Assembly (NCBI GenBank): GCA_964188305.1
Contig: OZ076889.1
DNA from: Podarcis bocagei
Taxonomy: Eukaryota
Length of the DNA: 64,000 nucleotides
Strand: one strand, 5' to 3'
In this document: positions 52,126 through 64,000 of the stretch, piece by piece
How positions within the stretch are numbered: the stretch's first letter is position 1
How the letters are laid out: each line of letters begins with the position of its first letter
Translations under genes and position numbers: made by a program
The notes under the pieces: generated by a model
What the model was told of the DNA's origin: nothing
Seen by the model: the letters and a program-made list of their open reading frames with translations, nothing else
The model's database searches: none

Positions 52126-52235
52126 CAGAGATGGGTAACCTGTGATCTTCCAGACATTGTTGGACTCCATGCTATCAGCCCCAGACAGTAGTCAGGAATG
52201 ATGGGCCCTGTAGTCCAGCAGCTTCCCAATCCCTA
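52126..52235. mobile_element. hAT MITE remnant
   Basis: gggtaacctgtgatcttccagacattgttggactcc...tgtagtccagca...cccaatcccta. Confidence 0.6.
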
Positions 52236-54641
52236 CATTAGAAGAGCAGATAATGCCAAGAGCTGTTGATTCAGGGGTTGCAAGTAGAGCAGCAGCAAAA
52301 ATAAAGAGTGGAGCTAGTATGAGGAGCTGCCATTCCTTTAGCTTTAGTTGTTAAACCCCTAGTGGAATCAAGATTGTTCAAGTGAAAGGCACATGAGCCT
52401 GATATGTTCATGTCTGCTGAAACATTGTAGCCCGTCACACAGCAGGCTGTGAAAAATAAAACCCTGCTTTTAAGTGATATTCTTACCTTTCAACACCACA
52501 TAGAGTAGACAGGGCACATTCAATACATAAGCTTAGCACCAGCAGTCAACCAGGATGAGCACTTGGCAAGGTCCCAAGGGGCTTAGAAGTGTCTCTCACT
52601 GGTACGACCTGCCTTTGCTGCCTCAGGCTGTTTTAGCAGTGGGTCAGTGGCAATGTTGCTTTTCAGTGGGAGCAATTCTCAGCTTCCATCTGCAGTGGCT
52701 GCCTGCCATATGAATTTACCTAAAACATAATGCCCAGCCTACAGATCATTTCATAGATTTTTACAGTGTTAGGTTGGTGTGTGTTTTTTGTGTGTGTGTT
52801 TTTAAGGAAATGCTTAATGTCCCCTAGTGCTCTGTGGGCATTTGGTCTGAAAATAGACAAAACCGCCAAACTGCAGACAAGTAGATGTGGGGAGGGGGGG
52901 TTGCTAGGCACTTCAAAAGTGTGTGCGTTGTTGTTGTTGTTGTTTCGTTTTACTAGGGAGAAGTAAAAGGAATTCAGTTACCTTCCTGTGTGTTTGTGGA
53001 CACCAGTTCAATGGCATAAGTTGCCCATATTCCAAACTTGGTTCAGGAGCCTCTAGGGGTATGAGCCTAAGTTCTGAGATTTGGGCCCTAGATAACATGG
53101 CCAAGCTAAGCAGAATTTGAAAGAGGTGTAAGTCTATCCTTGCTCAAGCCCACTCCACCCCTGGAATGCCCCTTTTGTGGAATTTATGCCTACATAAATT
53201 ATGCTAGCAGAGCCAGGTAAGGGACTTAAGCTGTCGCATCTGCAGTTCAACTGTGGGTAAGAAATTTATGTTGGCATAGGCCTGGCTGAGCCCCAGCTCA
53301 GCTGAGAAACCTAGGCATCCACTGAATCCAAACTCTCTCATCCCACTGGATCTTGTGTTTGGACTGTGCTGTTTTTGTGTTATTTTTGTATACTGTTTCA
53401 AGATTTTTAAAGATTCAAAGTGGTCTAGAAATTATTTTAATTAATTAATTAATTAATTAATTTAATTATTCCTTTAAAGTTTAAGACAAAGGTCCACTTC
53501 GTGAGCTGCCAGCAGTCAAGACAAAAACTCTTAATAAGCTATAGTACATATCCAATCAGAAAAACTATAATTAACCTCAGGTTACAACCTAAATTATTAT
53601 TCAGCCTGTGGACAGCTGCTTCAGGAAATAACAATAAAAAAATAATTTTGACCTAGCTAGGAGAGAAGATAACCAATAGTGTGACAGAATGATAATGACA
53701 GGTGTCAAGCAGGGCCATTGAAAATGGTCATAAAAGACCAAAAGCAGCGATCACAGCAAACAGCCACAGTTGGGAACATAATATTAGGTTTTTTCTTTTC
53801 TTAATCCACAGAGATGTAAAATGCTGGAAAATAAGACGAAAGTGTTTCTTGTCTCTGTGTGAAGAATCCATACAATTAACATGCTCAGGAGGTCTCTGCA
53901 ACAGATGCTTGTTAGCCTAAACCGGGCACCAAAGAGCTTCAACAAAGCACAGAGTCATGAGCAGATAGGTCTTTAGTATAAAGCCGTGTTTGCCTGCAAG
54001 CTGTATTTAATGAAAGCCATTCTCCACCACCACTCCTCCTTTGTTTTTTGTTTGTTTGTGTGTTTGTTTTTCCTGAATCTGAGATATTGGCAACCATTTC
54101 CTACTCTATTTTTTTAAGTATCTCTTATAAAAAGATACGGCATTATTGAATAGTCCCCTGCAGCAGCTTGTGACAGTTTTACTGCAATTTTTTGTTATCT
54201 TGCAGGAGGGCACAGCTGTGTTTCTCAATTGAAATTCAGGTTGTAGATTGAGCAACACAAAGCAAAATATGCCCTTTTCTAAAGCTAAGGCCTGTCCAGT
54301 CATGGGGACAATAACCCTAGGCTGGTCTGACACTAAGGTGAACAATGAAAGGTGTTTGGCTGTTTGCTATAGGAGTTTATGTGCAGTTGAGAAAGCCCCT
54401 TGAGGTGCATGCAAAGGCTTGGAAACAGGCACAAAGGTTTATCAGCTGCTTTCTTCTTCACATTCAGTTTGAGGTCACTTCTAGAGGTCCCCCTGAATTT
54501 TGCAGACAACCATGCAGCACTGTCTTTGGAAGAAGGAATTCAGGAGTTCTGTTGCATGCATGGAGCCGTCACACTCACTCACTCACACACACACACACAC
54601 ACACGGATTAGTAGCCCTATGCCCCACACCCAGAATACATA

Positions 54642-55150
54642 CCGTATCTTGCGCCCCATAGGACGCTCCGGCCCATAGGACACACCTAGTTTTTTTTTGG
54701 GGGGGGGAATAAAGGGGAAAAATTATTTTCCCCCCCAGGTGCGGGGCTGGAAGAACCAGGTCGGGGAACAGTGGGAAGGCACGCTCTGCCTCCCCGCTGT
54801 CCCCTGAGCTTGTGGGGCTGGCGATGGGGAGAAGTGCGCTGATCCCAGGACTGCAGACAGCTCTGCGCCGCCATCCGGAGCGGGGCGGGACTTCGCGCCT
54901 GGCTCCCGGTGGCCGCGCAGAGCTGCGCTGAGCCGGGGACTGCAGGCAGCTCTGCGCAACCCTCGGAGCCGGTCTCCCGAGGGTTGCGCAGAGCTTCCTG
55001 AAGCCTGGAGAGCGAGAGGGGTCGGTGCGCACCGACCCCTCTTGCTCTCCAGGCTTCAGCGAAAGCCTGCATTCGCCCCATAGGACGCACACACATTTCC
55101 CCTTCATTTTTGGAGGGGAAAAAGTGCGTCCTATAGGGCGAAAAATACGG
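54642..55150. mobile_element. Tc1/mariner (Tc2/pogo-like) non-autonomous element, GC-rich
   Basis: TIRs ccgtatcttgcgccccataggacgc / gcgtcctatagggcgaaaaatacgg, with TA on both flanks. Confidence 0.88.
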
Positions 55151-57764
55151 TACTTTGTCTCATACCTGCTTTCCATATTTCTTGTTACCGTAGCTGGGTT
55201 GCTATCCTTTGCTAAGCAGATTGCTTGCTAATAACCAGGGATGATTGATGTTTCCTCAACAGATGCTACCAACTAGGGATGCTTTCCTGAATGGGCAATT
55301 TACCTGCAGGGTTGATTCTAAGTTGAGTGTTCTGTCATTGGGTGAATGTGACGCAGCTAAGGCAGAGGAACAGACAGCTTTTAGCTTGAGTTTGCTAAAA
55401 ATGGGGAGTCCATGGGGTGTAATTAGGATACAGCATTAGCAGTTATGCTATGTGTTTTGAGGCATCAGCCTAGAGGAAGGATTTCACCTGTATCATTCAT
55501 CTGATGAAATAATGTACCCTGAAGAAGTGATATGTTCTCACAGGATGATTAACTGTGGAATGATGTGTTTGAAATGCTATCCCATGACATTGTTTTAAAT
55601 TACAGTTGCGTTGTCACCTATCTAGAACCCCATGTAGTTATAGTATTCATATGCCCATGGACTGCTATAGTATTTTCATTTTAATGAATGCAAATCCTTT
55701 TGAATTCATGGGTTGCACTGAAATCAGTGCCACAAGATCTTAGCAAGTGGGGAGCTCCTATCTGTACCCATAAGAAATCATTGCATCTGATGTCCCAGCT
55801 CATTTTGCAATGTTGTGCTTCATTCTCAGATGACCCTGATTTGGGACATAGTATAAAACTACCAAATTTATCAAGTATTAATTTTCCGGTATGTGTTGGA
55901 TTCATCCTTCTCCTGTTTCCTATCCCTCCAAGTCTTTGTGTCTCATTCCCTCATGTATAAAACTGGGTTCTCCTTGATTGCATGGCCTTGGCCCTTTCTC
56001 CACAGGTCCTCCTGAGTAGTTCCTGCTTATTACTTTCAGTAACAGCTTTTCATTTGCATTGGCTGCACCCACTTCCATCAGCCTTGCCCCAGCTCTGAAT
56101 GCACAAAAGCCACATATGCTTATTTAGAACCATCAGAGACAAATGAAATGACCTCATTTAAAAAAATGTTTTATTCAAGTGTTTTGCAATTGCTCTTCCC
56201 TGCTCTCCTCTTGCCCTCCCTGTGGGCCTTTCCCTCCACCCTCAAGTTGAGTCTTCCTGGAACAGGCTACATATTTGTCTCTTGCTTCCCTGCACACCCA
56301 TTATTATGGGGGGTGCAGGAGTTCAGCTCAGCACCTCTGCTCAGTGGCTCGAAGTGGGTTGAATTGTAGCCAGCGGCAGGGGGGGGATAAATGTAGCGTA
56401 AGATGCCTTTTTCCATAGCAAACTGCAAATTGCCTCAGCAGCACGGTCCACAAAAGGTTCCTGCAGAGTGAATTTATCTCCCATTGTCGTCCCGAAGAGG
56501 GGAGCGGATAAGACCAGGCATTTTATTTTTAAAAAGTCACATTCGATCTTGTTCAGCTTGGAGTCCACAGCACTTTAAAGGACTTTCCACGGGGAAAAGT
56601 ACAAGAATGCAAGCCCGAGAATGCAGCAGAGATAAAGGGATTTTATTTTTAACAGCAGACAGGGTTCATGACCATGTAAGCATTTCAATTCCTAAGCCCC
56701 TCTCTTTGGATAATATAGTTTGCCAATGTGAGTGTTATGTCATCTAATGACCCATGGGGCAGAAGGAAGGTTGGCAGCAGGAGAAGGGGAATAGGAGGAA
56801 TTTATCCAGTAATGATTCTCATATTCTGCCTTAAAAGGGGGAAAGAGACATGGAGTTTATCTCAGTCTCTTGATCTCCATTACTATAGTGCCACAGACAT
56901 GGCAGTTTCCAACCAATCCTGTTCACAGTCTCCCTAGCTCACACTGTGATGCTACAGATAAGCACAGTTACTGTGCCACACACAGTGTGACTAGTAATAG
57001 CCACAGTGAGAAATATCACCTGAAAATGCTGTAACACAAAGACTAAATGAAATCAAAAGCTTTGCATTTTTAAAAACAAACATTTTAATGTTACATAGCA
57101 ATGATAATAATAATAATCCTACAGTTGGGCAAAAGCAGCACAACATTGCAAGCTACTAAGAACAGAAATCCATTAATATAGTCCTCATAGGAAAGATCAA
57201 GGAATGGCAACTATGAGCCAAAGATGGCATAGCTGAAGATGGCATAGCCAAGAATTGTGACAACCAAGGTCAAAATGGTTGAGCCATAATGGTAAATTAA
57301 TAAGTAGCCTTCCCACAGCTTATTTTGACCTGAGCTCAAAATCCAGAGTTCATGTTTGACTCATAAAGTTATTTAATGAGTTCACCGGCAGAATCACATC
57401 TTTGACAGTGAAACTGCTATATTTCTTTCCCACTCACCTGACAAAAATGATATTGGGGGCCTTGCAAAATCTCCCTTCCTTCTTCACTCACTCTCTCCAT
57501 CTTGGATGATGTCAAACTAGAACTCCACAAGAAACAATATTGAGGATTTACAGCTATGACATTACTCTTGTGATGTATGTTTATTTTATGTAATATTGTT
57601 TTTAATATTATGTTTTAGTGCTGTAACCCACCCAGGGATCTTAGGATGAATAATATTCATTTGCTTAGAAAATTGCTGTTACTTTTCACTACAGAACGGC
57701 TTTCAATGTTATAAGAAAAACAACTCATGTTTTTTTAAAAACAATAGCCCTCTTTAAGCATACA

Positions 57765-58012
57765 AGCTGGGGCTGGCTTTTTGCTGCCTGAGGCAAAGGG
57801 CAAGATCTATCCCTCCCATTCCATGTACAGAATCCAATTGGCAACAGAATCATACCTCAACACTGGCAATGGGACAGTGCCCTTCACTACACCTGTGGGT
57901 AGCAGGCTAGCTTTAGGATCCTGGGGGATAGAGGGCTGTTGCTCTGCCCACTCCCTAGCACCTGCAGCCTGAGGCAGCTGTTTCAGTTTGCCTTATAGTA
58001 GGGCCAGCCTTT
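57765..58012. mobile_element. Diverged non-autonomous DNA transposon (hAT-Tip100-like)
   Basis: ggggctggc...gctgcctgaggc subterminal motifs at both ends...tagggccagcc. Confidence 0.5.
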
Positions 58013-59262
58013 GTAAAAGTGACATGTAATATCTTCTACAGCTCTAAATCACTCAGGACACCTCCAAGGGAAATTGACCCTCCAACTCATGGGGGCCGCG
58101 TCATGGGGGACAGTGGTGACAGAGCAGAAAGCACCCTTGCTTTCCCTGATGTCCCTTTGTTTCTCGTGCAGTTGGGTTGTCTGAAGAGGGCTGGCATAAA
58201 AATACATTCCTATATTTTATGACTAGCTTCCTAACTATATGAAAATTTAGGACTGTCACCACACAGCCCCCTATTGGAGAATTTGTAGTGCCTCATAACA
58301 ATCCTGGGTTTGCAGGACGGCAGGGTCAATTAAGGGAACAGAAGAGAAGGCAGGTTGCATAACTGCAGTGGTTGCCACATGGGAGCTAAAGGGGAAGGGA
58401 AGGAAGAGTGGGATGTAGTGGGAGAGGTCTGGATAGCTAAGGAAGGGTGGGTTGTTGATGATGATTAAAAAAGAAAAAACCGTTAATAAGGAAAAATAGC
58501 AGAGACGGCTACAACACAGAAGCTCACACCAAAAGGCTAACACAACAAAGCTTTTCCCAACTCACTTTTTGCTGTACGGAAGCCTTGTCTAAACTGCAAT
58601 CCCACCCACCCACCATCCTACTGCCGCTTCCTGACATTGTGAGGATGCTAGGAAGCAGCCACTGACAAAGTCACTGACAGAGCCAATGCAGCACTGAACC
58701 ATCTTCAACCAGATTTCAAAAATAAATAAATAAATATCTTCAAAAGGCAAGTAAAAATATTGGACAGAGGAGAGAATGGAAAGCCAGCAGTGCTCAGATT
58801 AGCACTATTGGTCAGCTTTCCAGCATCAGTCTCTCCTGATAAAATACTGCAGCTAGATCAGATGTCAGGCCACTTTAGCTTGGAGATATGCACACTACCC
58901 ATCCGTAGGAAGGTGGTCAAGGAAACAACATCTAAGGCAATTTTCTCCATGTATTCATTTTCTCTCAGGCTAGAGGAAAACAGATTGACCTTTTTACAAT
59001 TCATTGTGATATTCTGGGAAAAGAAATACCCCGGTGTGCCATGTTATTAAAGTGAGAAATACATTATGCACATTTTATGTGCTTATCTTTATAAAGGAAC
59101 ATTTGAAAATAAGAGAGTTTGCTCAGACACTGTAGCATTGGTAAATGACAGCAGTCAAAAACTATCATCCTTATGTGCAACAAAATATTCCACTCCCACC
59201 GAAAACAACCCAGTTTCTTTCAAAGCAGCAATGAGGAACCAAATGTCGTCCATATGTTGAAC

Positions 59263-59337
59263 ACCAGCTCCAGCCAGCATGGGATGATGGGAGTTGTAGA
59301 ACAATAACACCTGGGGAACACAGGTCTCCATCCCTAC
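59263..59337. mobile_element. hAT MITE half-copy
   Basis: gggatgatgggagttgtag...acaggtctccatcccta. Confidence 0.55.
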
Positions 59338-62249
59338 TATAAATAATTTTGACCTGGACCTTCACTGTGGTTCCTTCTATTAGGGCAGTATTTCTTGAAT
59401 CATCTTGTAAAAGAGAGGGCACAACCTGAAGCTTTAAAGGTCTTTGCTACATTTTTTTAGAATACTGGTTTTCTTTAGCAAATAAATGAAGAGATTCAAG
59501 GTGTGTGTACATCCTCATAATTACAAAAATAAGCTGGCCATATTTTACCGTGTGACTGTTTTAAAACTGTTGCTTGTTTTTAACTGCTCTTGGTCTCGTA
59601 TTTGTTACTGTTCTGGCTTGTGAGTTTTTGCAGAAAAGTAGGGTATAAATTCATTATCACCACCACCATTTGCAAATGTTTATAATGTGGCTTAAACAGC
59701 AGAATCAGTTATCCATCCCTGTCATCAATAAATGTATCAATGAGAATATCGATTTAAAGCAATAAAACTATCAATGTACGGTAGTTTTGTAGCATAAATA
59801 TTGTAACATAACCAACTTTTTCTTAAAATGACAGTTAGTTCAGCTGTTTATTTACCTATATGTAGAATGTAAAATCCATCTACATCTTTGCAGACAATGG
59901 GTTTTCACACATTAGATTTTTGCCTAAGAATCAGAGCAAAACCCGTGAGCTTCAGAATTCATTTTTTGGGATAGAGCTTACCACTGGTGAGATATATATT
60001 TAAAATTAATTATTATTTCTTTGTGAAAACAAACTAATTAGTGGTGTAAAATTCCTGCACATCATGGAACTGAGTGGACTACATCCATGTGACTGAAGCA
60101 AAAATATGAAGAAAGGAATGTGAGAGTTAAATTGTATAACTAGAGTTATACAAAGTAACTAGAGTTCCTTTGGAAGATACATGTGAATATTCATCCTGAA
60201 GACTTTAGAATAGTTTATTCTAAGAATAGACTTTAGAAGAATAGTTCTTCAGATGAAGAAATAAATTTTCTTCAAGTCTTTCAGCATCCTTATTTACTAA
60301 TAAGTGCATGCTTGTCAAAATGTTTTTTTACAAGCGTATTCTTTTTTCACGTCTATTCCATTGCTAATTGCTCTAAAATGCTATATGGCTTAAGCTCTGT
60401 CTTTAAGTTGGAAAAATCACTTCCTGCACAATAAATAGCACTCATTCTAACATCTCAACTGAGAGAACATAAGTGAACAATTAGAGCAGAGCACAAATAA
60501 TTTTTAAGTCAAGACCTTGGCGGGTCATGGACTGTAAAGTTTAATGTGCCTGTGGCTCCTGGTTTGATGGCAATTACATATAGTGAAATGAGAAGTGTCT
60601 CATAATTCTGTTCAGAATTGGAAACGTCTTCCCCTTCTTTGGCCATTAGTATTCTATGTAGTGCTCAGTCATTTAGTCAGAGGTACATGTAAGTGGTTGT
60701 TTGGATTGGTTCTTTTAATGCACTGGTGGTTCTTCTATCTTTTCATTCATTACTGGTAAGTGAGATTCCCACACCCCCTGCTTGCCTATATTGCACTGGC
60801 TGAGAATATTTCCCCAAAGTTTCAAAATTAGTTCAGCTTTCCTAATTTCAAAACCAATCTGAATTTTTTTTTAATCAACCCTACCCTACAAACCAGGAAA
60901 CCCATTTGCTCTGATCCATCAATCCATTCAGGCCTCTACCATATCACCTGTCTCCATCCATAAAAGGAAAATGTAAAATACAAGACCATTAGTTATTGGT
61001 CTGAACTCTGAAACATCAGACTAAAAGTTGATCTGCACATTCAGAACACTATTCTGTGTTCAAAATTCAAACTCTAGTGGTCAAAGATAGAGAAGACATT
61101 TCTCATTTCGCCTAGAAATATGGGGCTATTTCCCACATTTTAGTGGAGGCAATTACTTTGAACCTCTGCACCCATTTTCAAAGATCCTTGGAAAGATGCA
61201 AAGCAGACAACAATGTGGGACATGCCTTGTAGATAGAATCAGTATCAGCATGGAAGAAGCTGTGCATGTTCAGGATACTATTCTATGTTTCACATTCAAA
61301 TAAAGCTCATCCCTCTACACTTGTTTTATAAATGTCCAGAAACAACACAGATTGTGCCAGAATGCTCTCTCTCTCGCTCTCGCTCTCGCATAGAGATACT
61401 TGAATGAAAGTTGGCACACACATTTATGAAATTCTTTATTTGATGTTCAATCACTTTCTCAAAATCTGTGCCCATTTTCAAAGGTGGGACGGATGCAAAA
61501 ACTATTACTGACATATCAGAGACAAAAATCTCTAAAACACTGTTAATAGAAGTTAACAAATCCTGTAAGCATTACAGTCCCTAAATCCAACACTGTGTGA
61601 CATCAACTCAGCAGGAACCTATCTGTGTCACTAATTATATAGTTCTCTGGCTCCAAGACATTATCAGTGAATAAATTATAATAAGGAACAGTTAGAGTTC
61701 AATAATGAACTTAGCAAAAGATAATAAGATAGTCATTAGACTGACAGAGCTTTGCCTGGTATTGAGGAGAGAACTGTGCTCTCTTAAGCAGTTCTTCTGC
61801 TAATCGAGTGTGCCATCACATGCAGGAAAACACATATTTCAATTAGTCTGGAAGAAAACACCAAGGGGAAGCCCTCCACCCACTGAGCCAGCCCTAGACT
61901 GGGATCCAGATGATTTGGCCTATCATCTCACTTCTGCAATCAATGTGTGAGCAAAATGCTTGGGGAAAGACATAGGCAGCCTGGGGATGATGAGCGATAG
62001 ATGGATTACGCTTTCAGATGCTTAATATCATCACAGGATTTTTCTGAAGGATCCCTCTGGGAGACCTCATGGGAGTCACAATGGGTGGGAGAGGACTAAG
62101 TGTTCTGACAGATGTTGCTGCCAAGAGCAATAGGGTATACCGGAAAGTAAGAGGAAAGTAGTTACAGGAATGAGTCACTGCCAGTGTCTTGGAGCAATGA
62201 TTGCTCTGTAGATTTTACTGGCCCAAATGTACTGGCAATAATATACGTT

Positions 62250-62378
62250 GAAGCTGTGGCCCTCCAGATGTTGTTGGACTCCAGCTCACATCAGCCCCAG
62301 CCAATATGCCCAATGCTCAGAGCTGATCAAAATGGTAGCCTAATGATATCTGTAAGGTCATAGGTTCCCCATTCTTGC
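62250..62378. mobile_element. hAT MITE
   Basis: ctgtggccctccagatgttgttggactccagctc...ataggttccccattcttg. Confidence 0.7.
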
Positions 62379-63050
62379 CATATGGATTCTAAATGTTCAT
62401 CAAGGTGATTACATGCACATTTCACTCATTAAACTGTCTACAAGTGCTCCAAATCAATGCTCAGCTGTTTTCTTAGTCATCTTACTTCCACAGATGTTCA
62501 AGTTATTTTGTTTGTTCTGGCTTCCATAACTGACCCTTCAGATGGATTGAAATCTTTATGGTAAAAAGGAAGCTGGGAAACATGTTTAGCCTGTGGTCTC
62601 TGTGACTTACAGTGTGCTGATGAACTTATAACAGGGATTTATTCACCCAACTAAGATATAGAAGAAGGCAGAAGAAATGTCACTCAGATGTGTCTGGACA
62701 ACAATCTGGACTAGTGTTTGCCAGAACGCTCAGGGATCATGAAAACAAATACAGAAACCTTGGCTTAACAAGAATATCCAGAGCCTCCATATACAGCAAA
62801 GCCTAAGAACAAAAGATATTAGAAATGGTATCTCATGAATTCCACAAAATTATGCCTTATCACTACTGTATTTTATATCAGACAGAAAACATTTCTTTGA
62901 GCTCTAAATCCATGACAGTTTGCATACTTTTGGCTATAACATCAAGTTGGTGAAATATAGGCTTCTAAAAACAATGCTAGCAGGCAGGGGTGGTGGGTCC
63001 CATTTACCACTTGAGGCAAAACAGGAAGTGCCGCCCTGTCCTGCCGCTGC

Positions 63051-63125
63051 AACCACCACCACCACCACTACTACCACCAGTGCTATCATAACTGAGACCA
63101 CTGAGACCACGTTCGCCACCCACAC
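63051..63125. repeat. (ACC)n-rich low-complexity tract
   Basis: Direct reading. It accounts for the poly-Thr and poly-Val spurious ORFs. Confidence 0.85.
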
Positions 63126-64000
63126 TGCTGTGTCCACTGTCTGCCTCTTTATTTATCTGGGTAAAGAGGAATGTTTTTGCTTGGTGCCTAAAGACATGCA
63201 GTGATGGCACCAGGAGTCTTGTGCTGACTAGATGGAAGCGGGGGGGGGGGAGCAGTGTTCTTGCACTTCTCCATCCCATTCCCAAATATAAATCAACAGG
63301 AAAACACATTTATTTGTAATGTCAATGGGAATGTTGTTTTGTGTTTGTGGGGGAAGGAGAAAAGTCTGCTTGGAAATGAGTCATCTCTGCATGCAAGGAA
63401 GGCAACTGTTTTGGGGGTGGGAAGCCCTTTATGGATTTTCCTGTCCCTAGCCTGGTCTTCTAAGTTTAGAATCTGAATCGAGAGATCTTGTTTTTAATAA
63501 TAGTAAGCACAATTAATTACAAGTAATTTAGCAAATGTCTTCATGGCCACAAATGCATTAAACGGAACAGATTAAATGTGATTCTGGGAAATTATACATT
63601 TTAACTCCATCTTTGATGAGTATGTAATGCATAAACTCCCACAGCACCACACAGTATTTTGAATTGGGGGTCTTTTGAACAGGGACTTGCCATGCAGAGT
63701 TGCACTGTAACTGAGCTGGTTTATGAAGCCAAAAAGAATGAAGCACAGAAACATGTATTAAAGGGGGGGCGGAGAGACTCAATTATTTGATGAAATTAAA
63801 TGTATGACTGTCAAGTAAGAAAAAGCAGAAGTCAGCCATTCTCTGTCTTTAATAAATGGAGGCACATAATGGAACAGTGTTGGTGAGTTCGGAAAGAGCA
63901 TTGCTTTGTACACACACACAAAGGGGGAGCCTAAAATACACTGGCATCTAATTCAGCTAACATCAATCTACTCAACTGAATGTATTCCATTTCCCTGTTG

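Noticed and set aside
54583-55176. Longest ORF (197 aa) and an apparent CpG-island promoter
   Set aside because: It lies almost entirely within a TA-flanked non-autonomous transposon. It has no transposase motifs, and the GC richness explains the lack of stops.
55495-55545. Second hammerhead (ctgatga / ctgaagaagtg boxes)
   Set aside because: No stem II followed by GAAA and no closing stem I.
57200-57295. Cluster of YY1-like aagatggc motifs
   Set aside because: Mostly explained by one 15-bp tandem duplication; the remaining matches are weak.
1-64000. CRISPR arrays, operons, rRNA genes or other prokaryote-style systems
   Set aside because: The sequence is eukaryotic repeat-laden non-coding DNA, with no repeat-spacer arrays and no long ORFs.

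Overview
Vertebrate genomic DNA, almost certainly from a squamate reptile and probably a lacertid lizard, judged from three Sauria-SINE copies and the typical squamate MITE, CR1 and L2 repertoire. I could not identify any host protein-coding exon. The ORFs in the track are short and spurious or are decayed LINE fragments, so the window reads as a large intron or gene desert. It contains SINEs, hAT, Tc1/mariner and Harbinger-type MITEs, LINE remnants and microsatellites, plus repeat-poor stretches that look like candidate conserved non-coding or regulatory DNA. Four structures stand out. (1) A compound rearrangement at about 44.6-47.2 kb: a ~400-bp inversion that splits a CR1 element, overlapped by a 717-bp inverted duplication (715/717 identical by my reading) that ends in a 37-bp templated insertion with junction microhomology. 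(2) A Penelope-like fold-back insertion at about 8.9-9.2 kb with a 12-bp TSD and an intact minimal hammerhead ribozyme core. (3) A ~180-nt hairpin at about 20.5-20.7 kb. (4) An inverted pair of octamer motifs at about 7.9 kb. I found no convincing new multi-gene system. Repeat family names come from recalled consensus features, not from a database search, and boundaries without a TSD are approximate.
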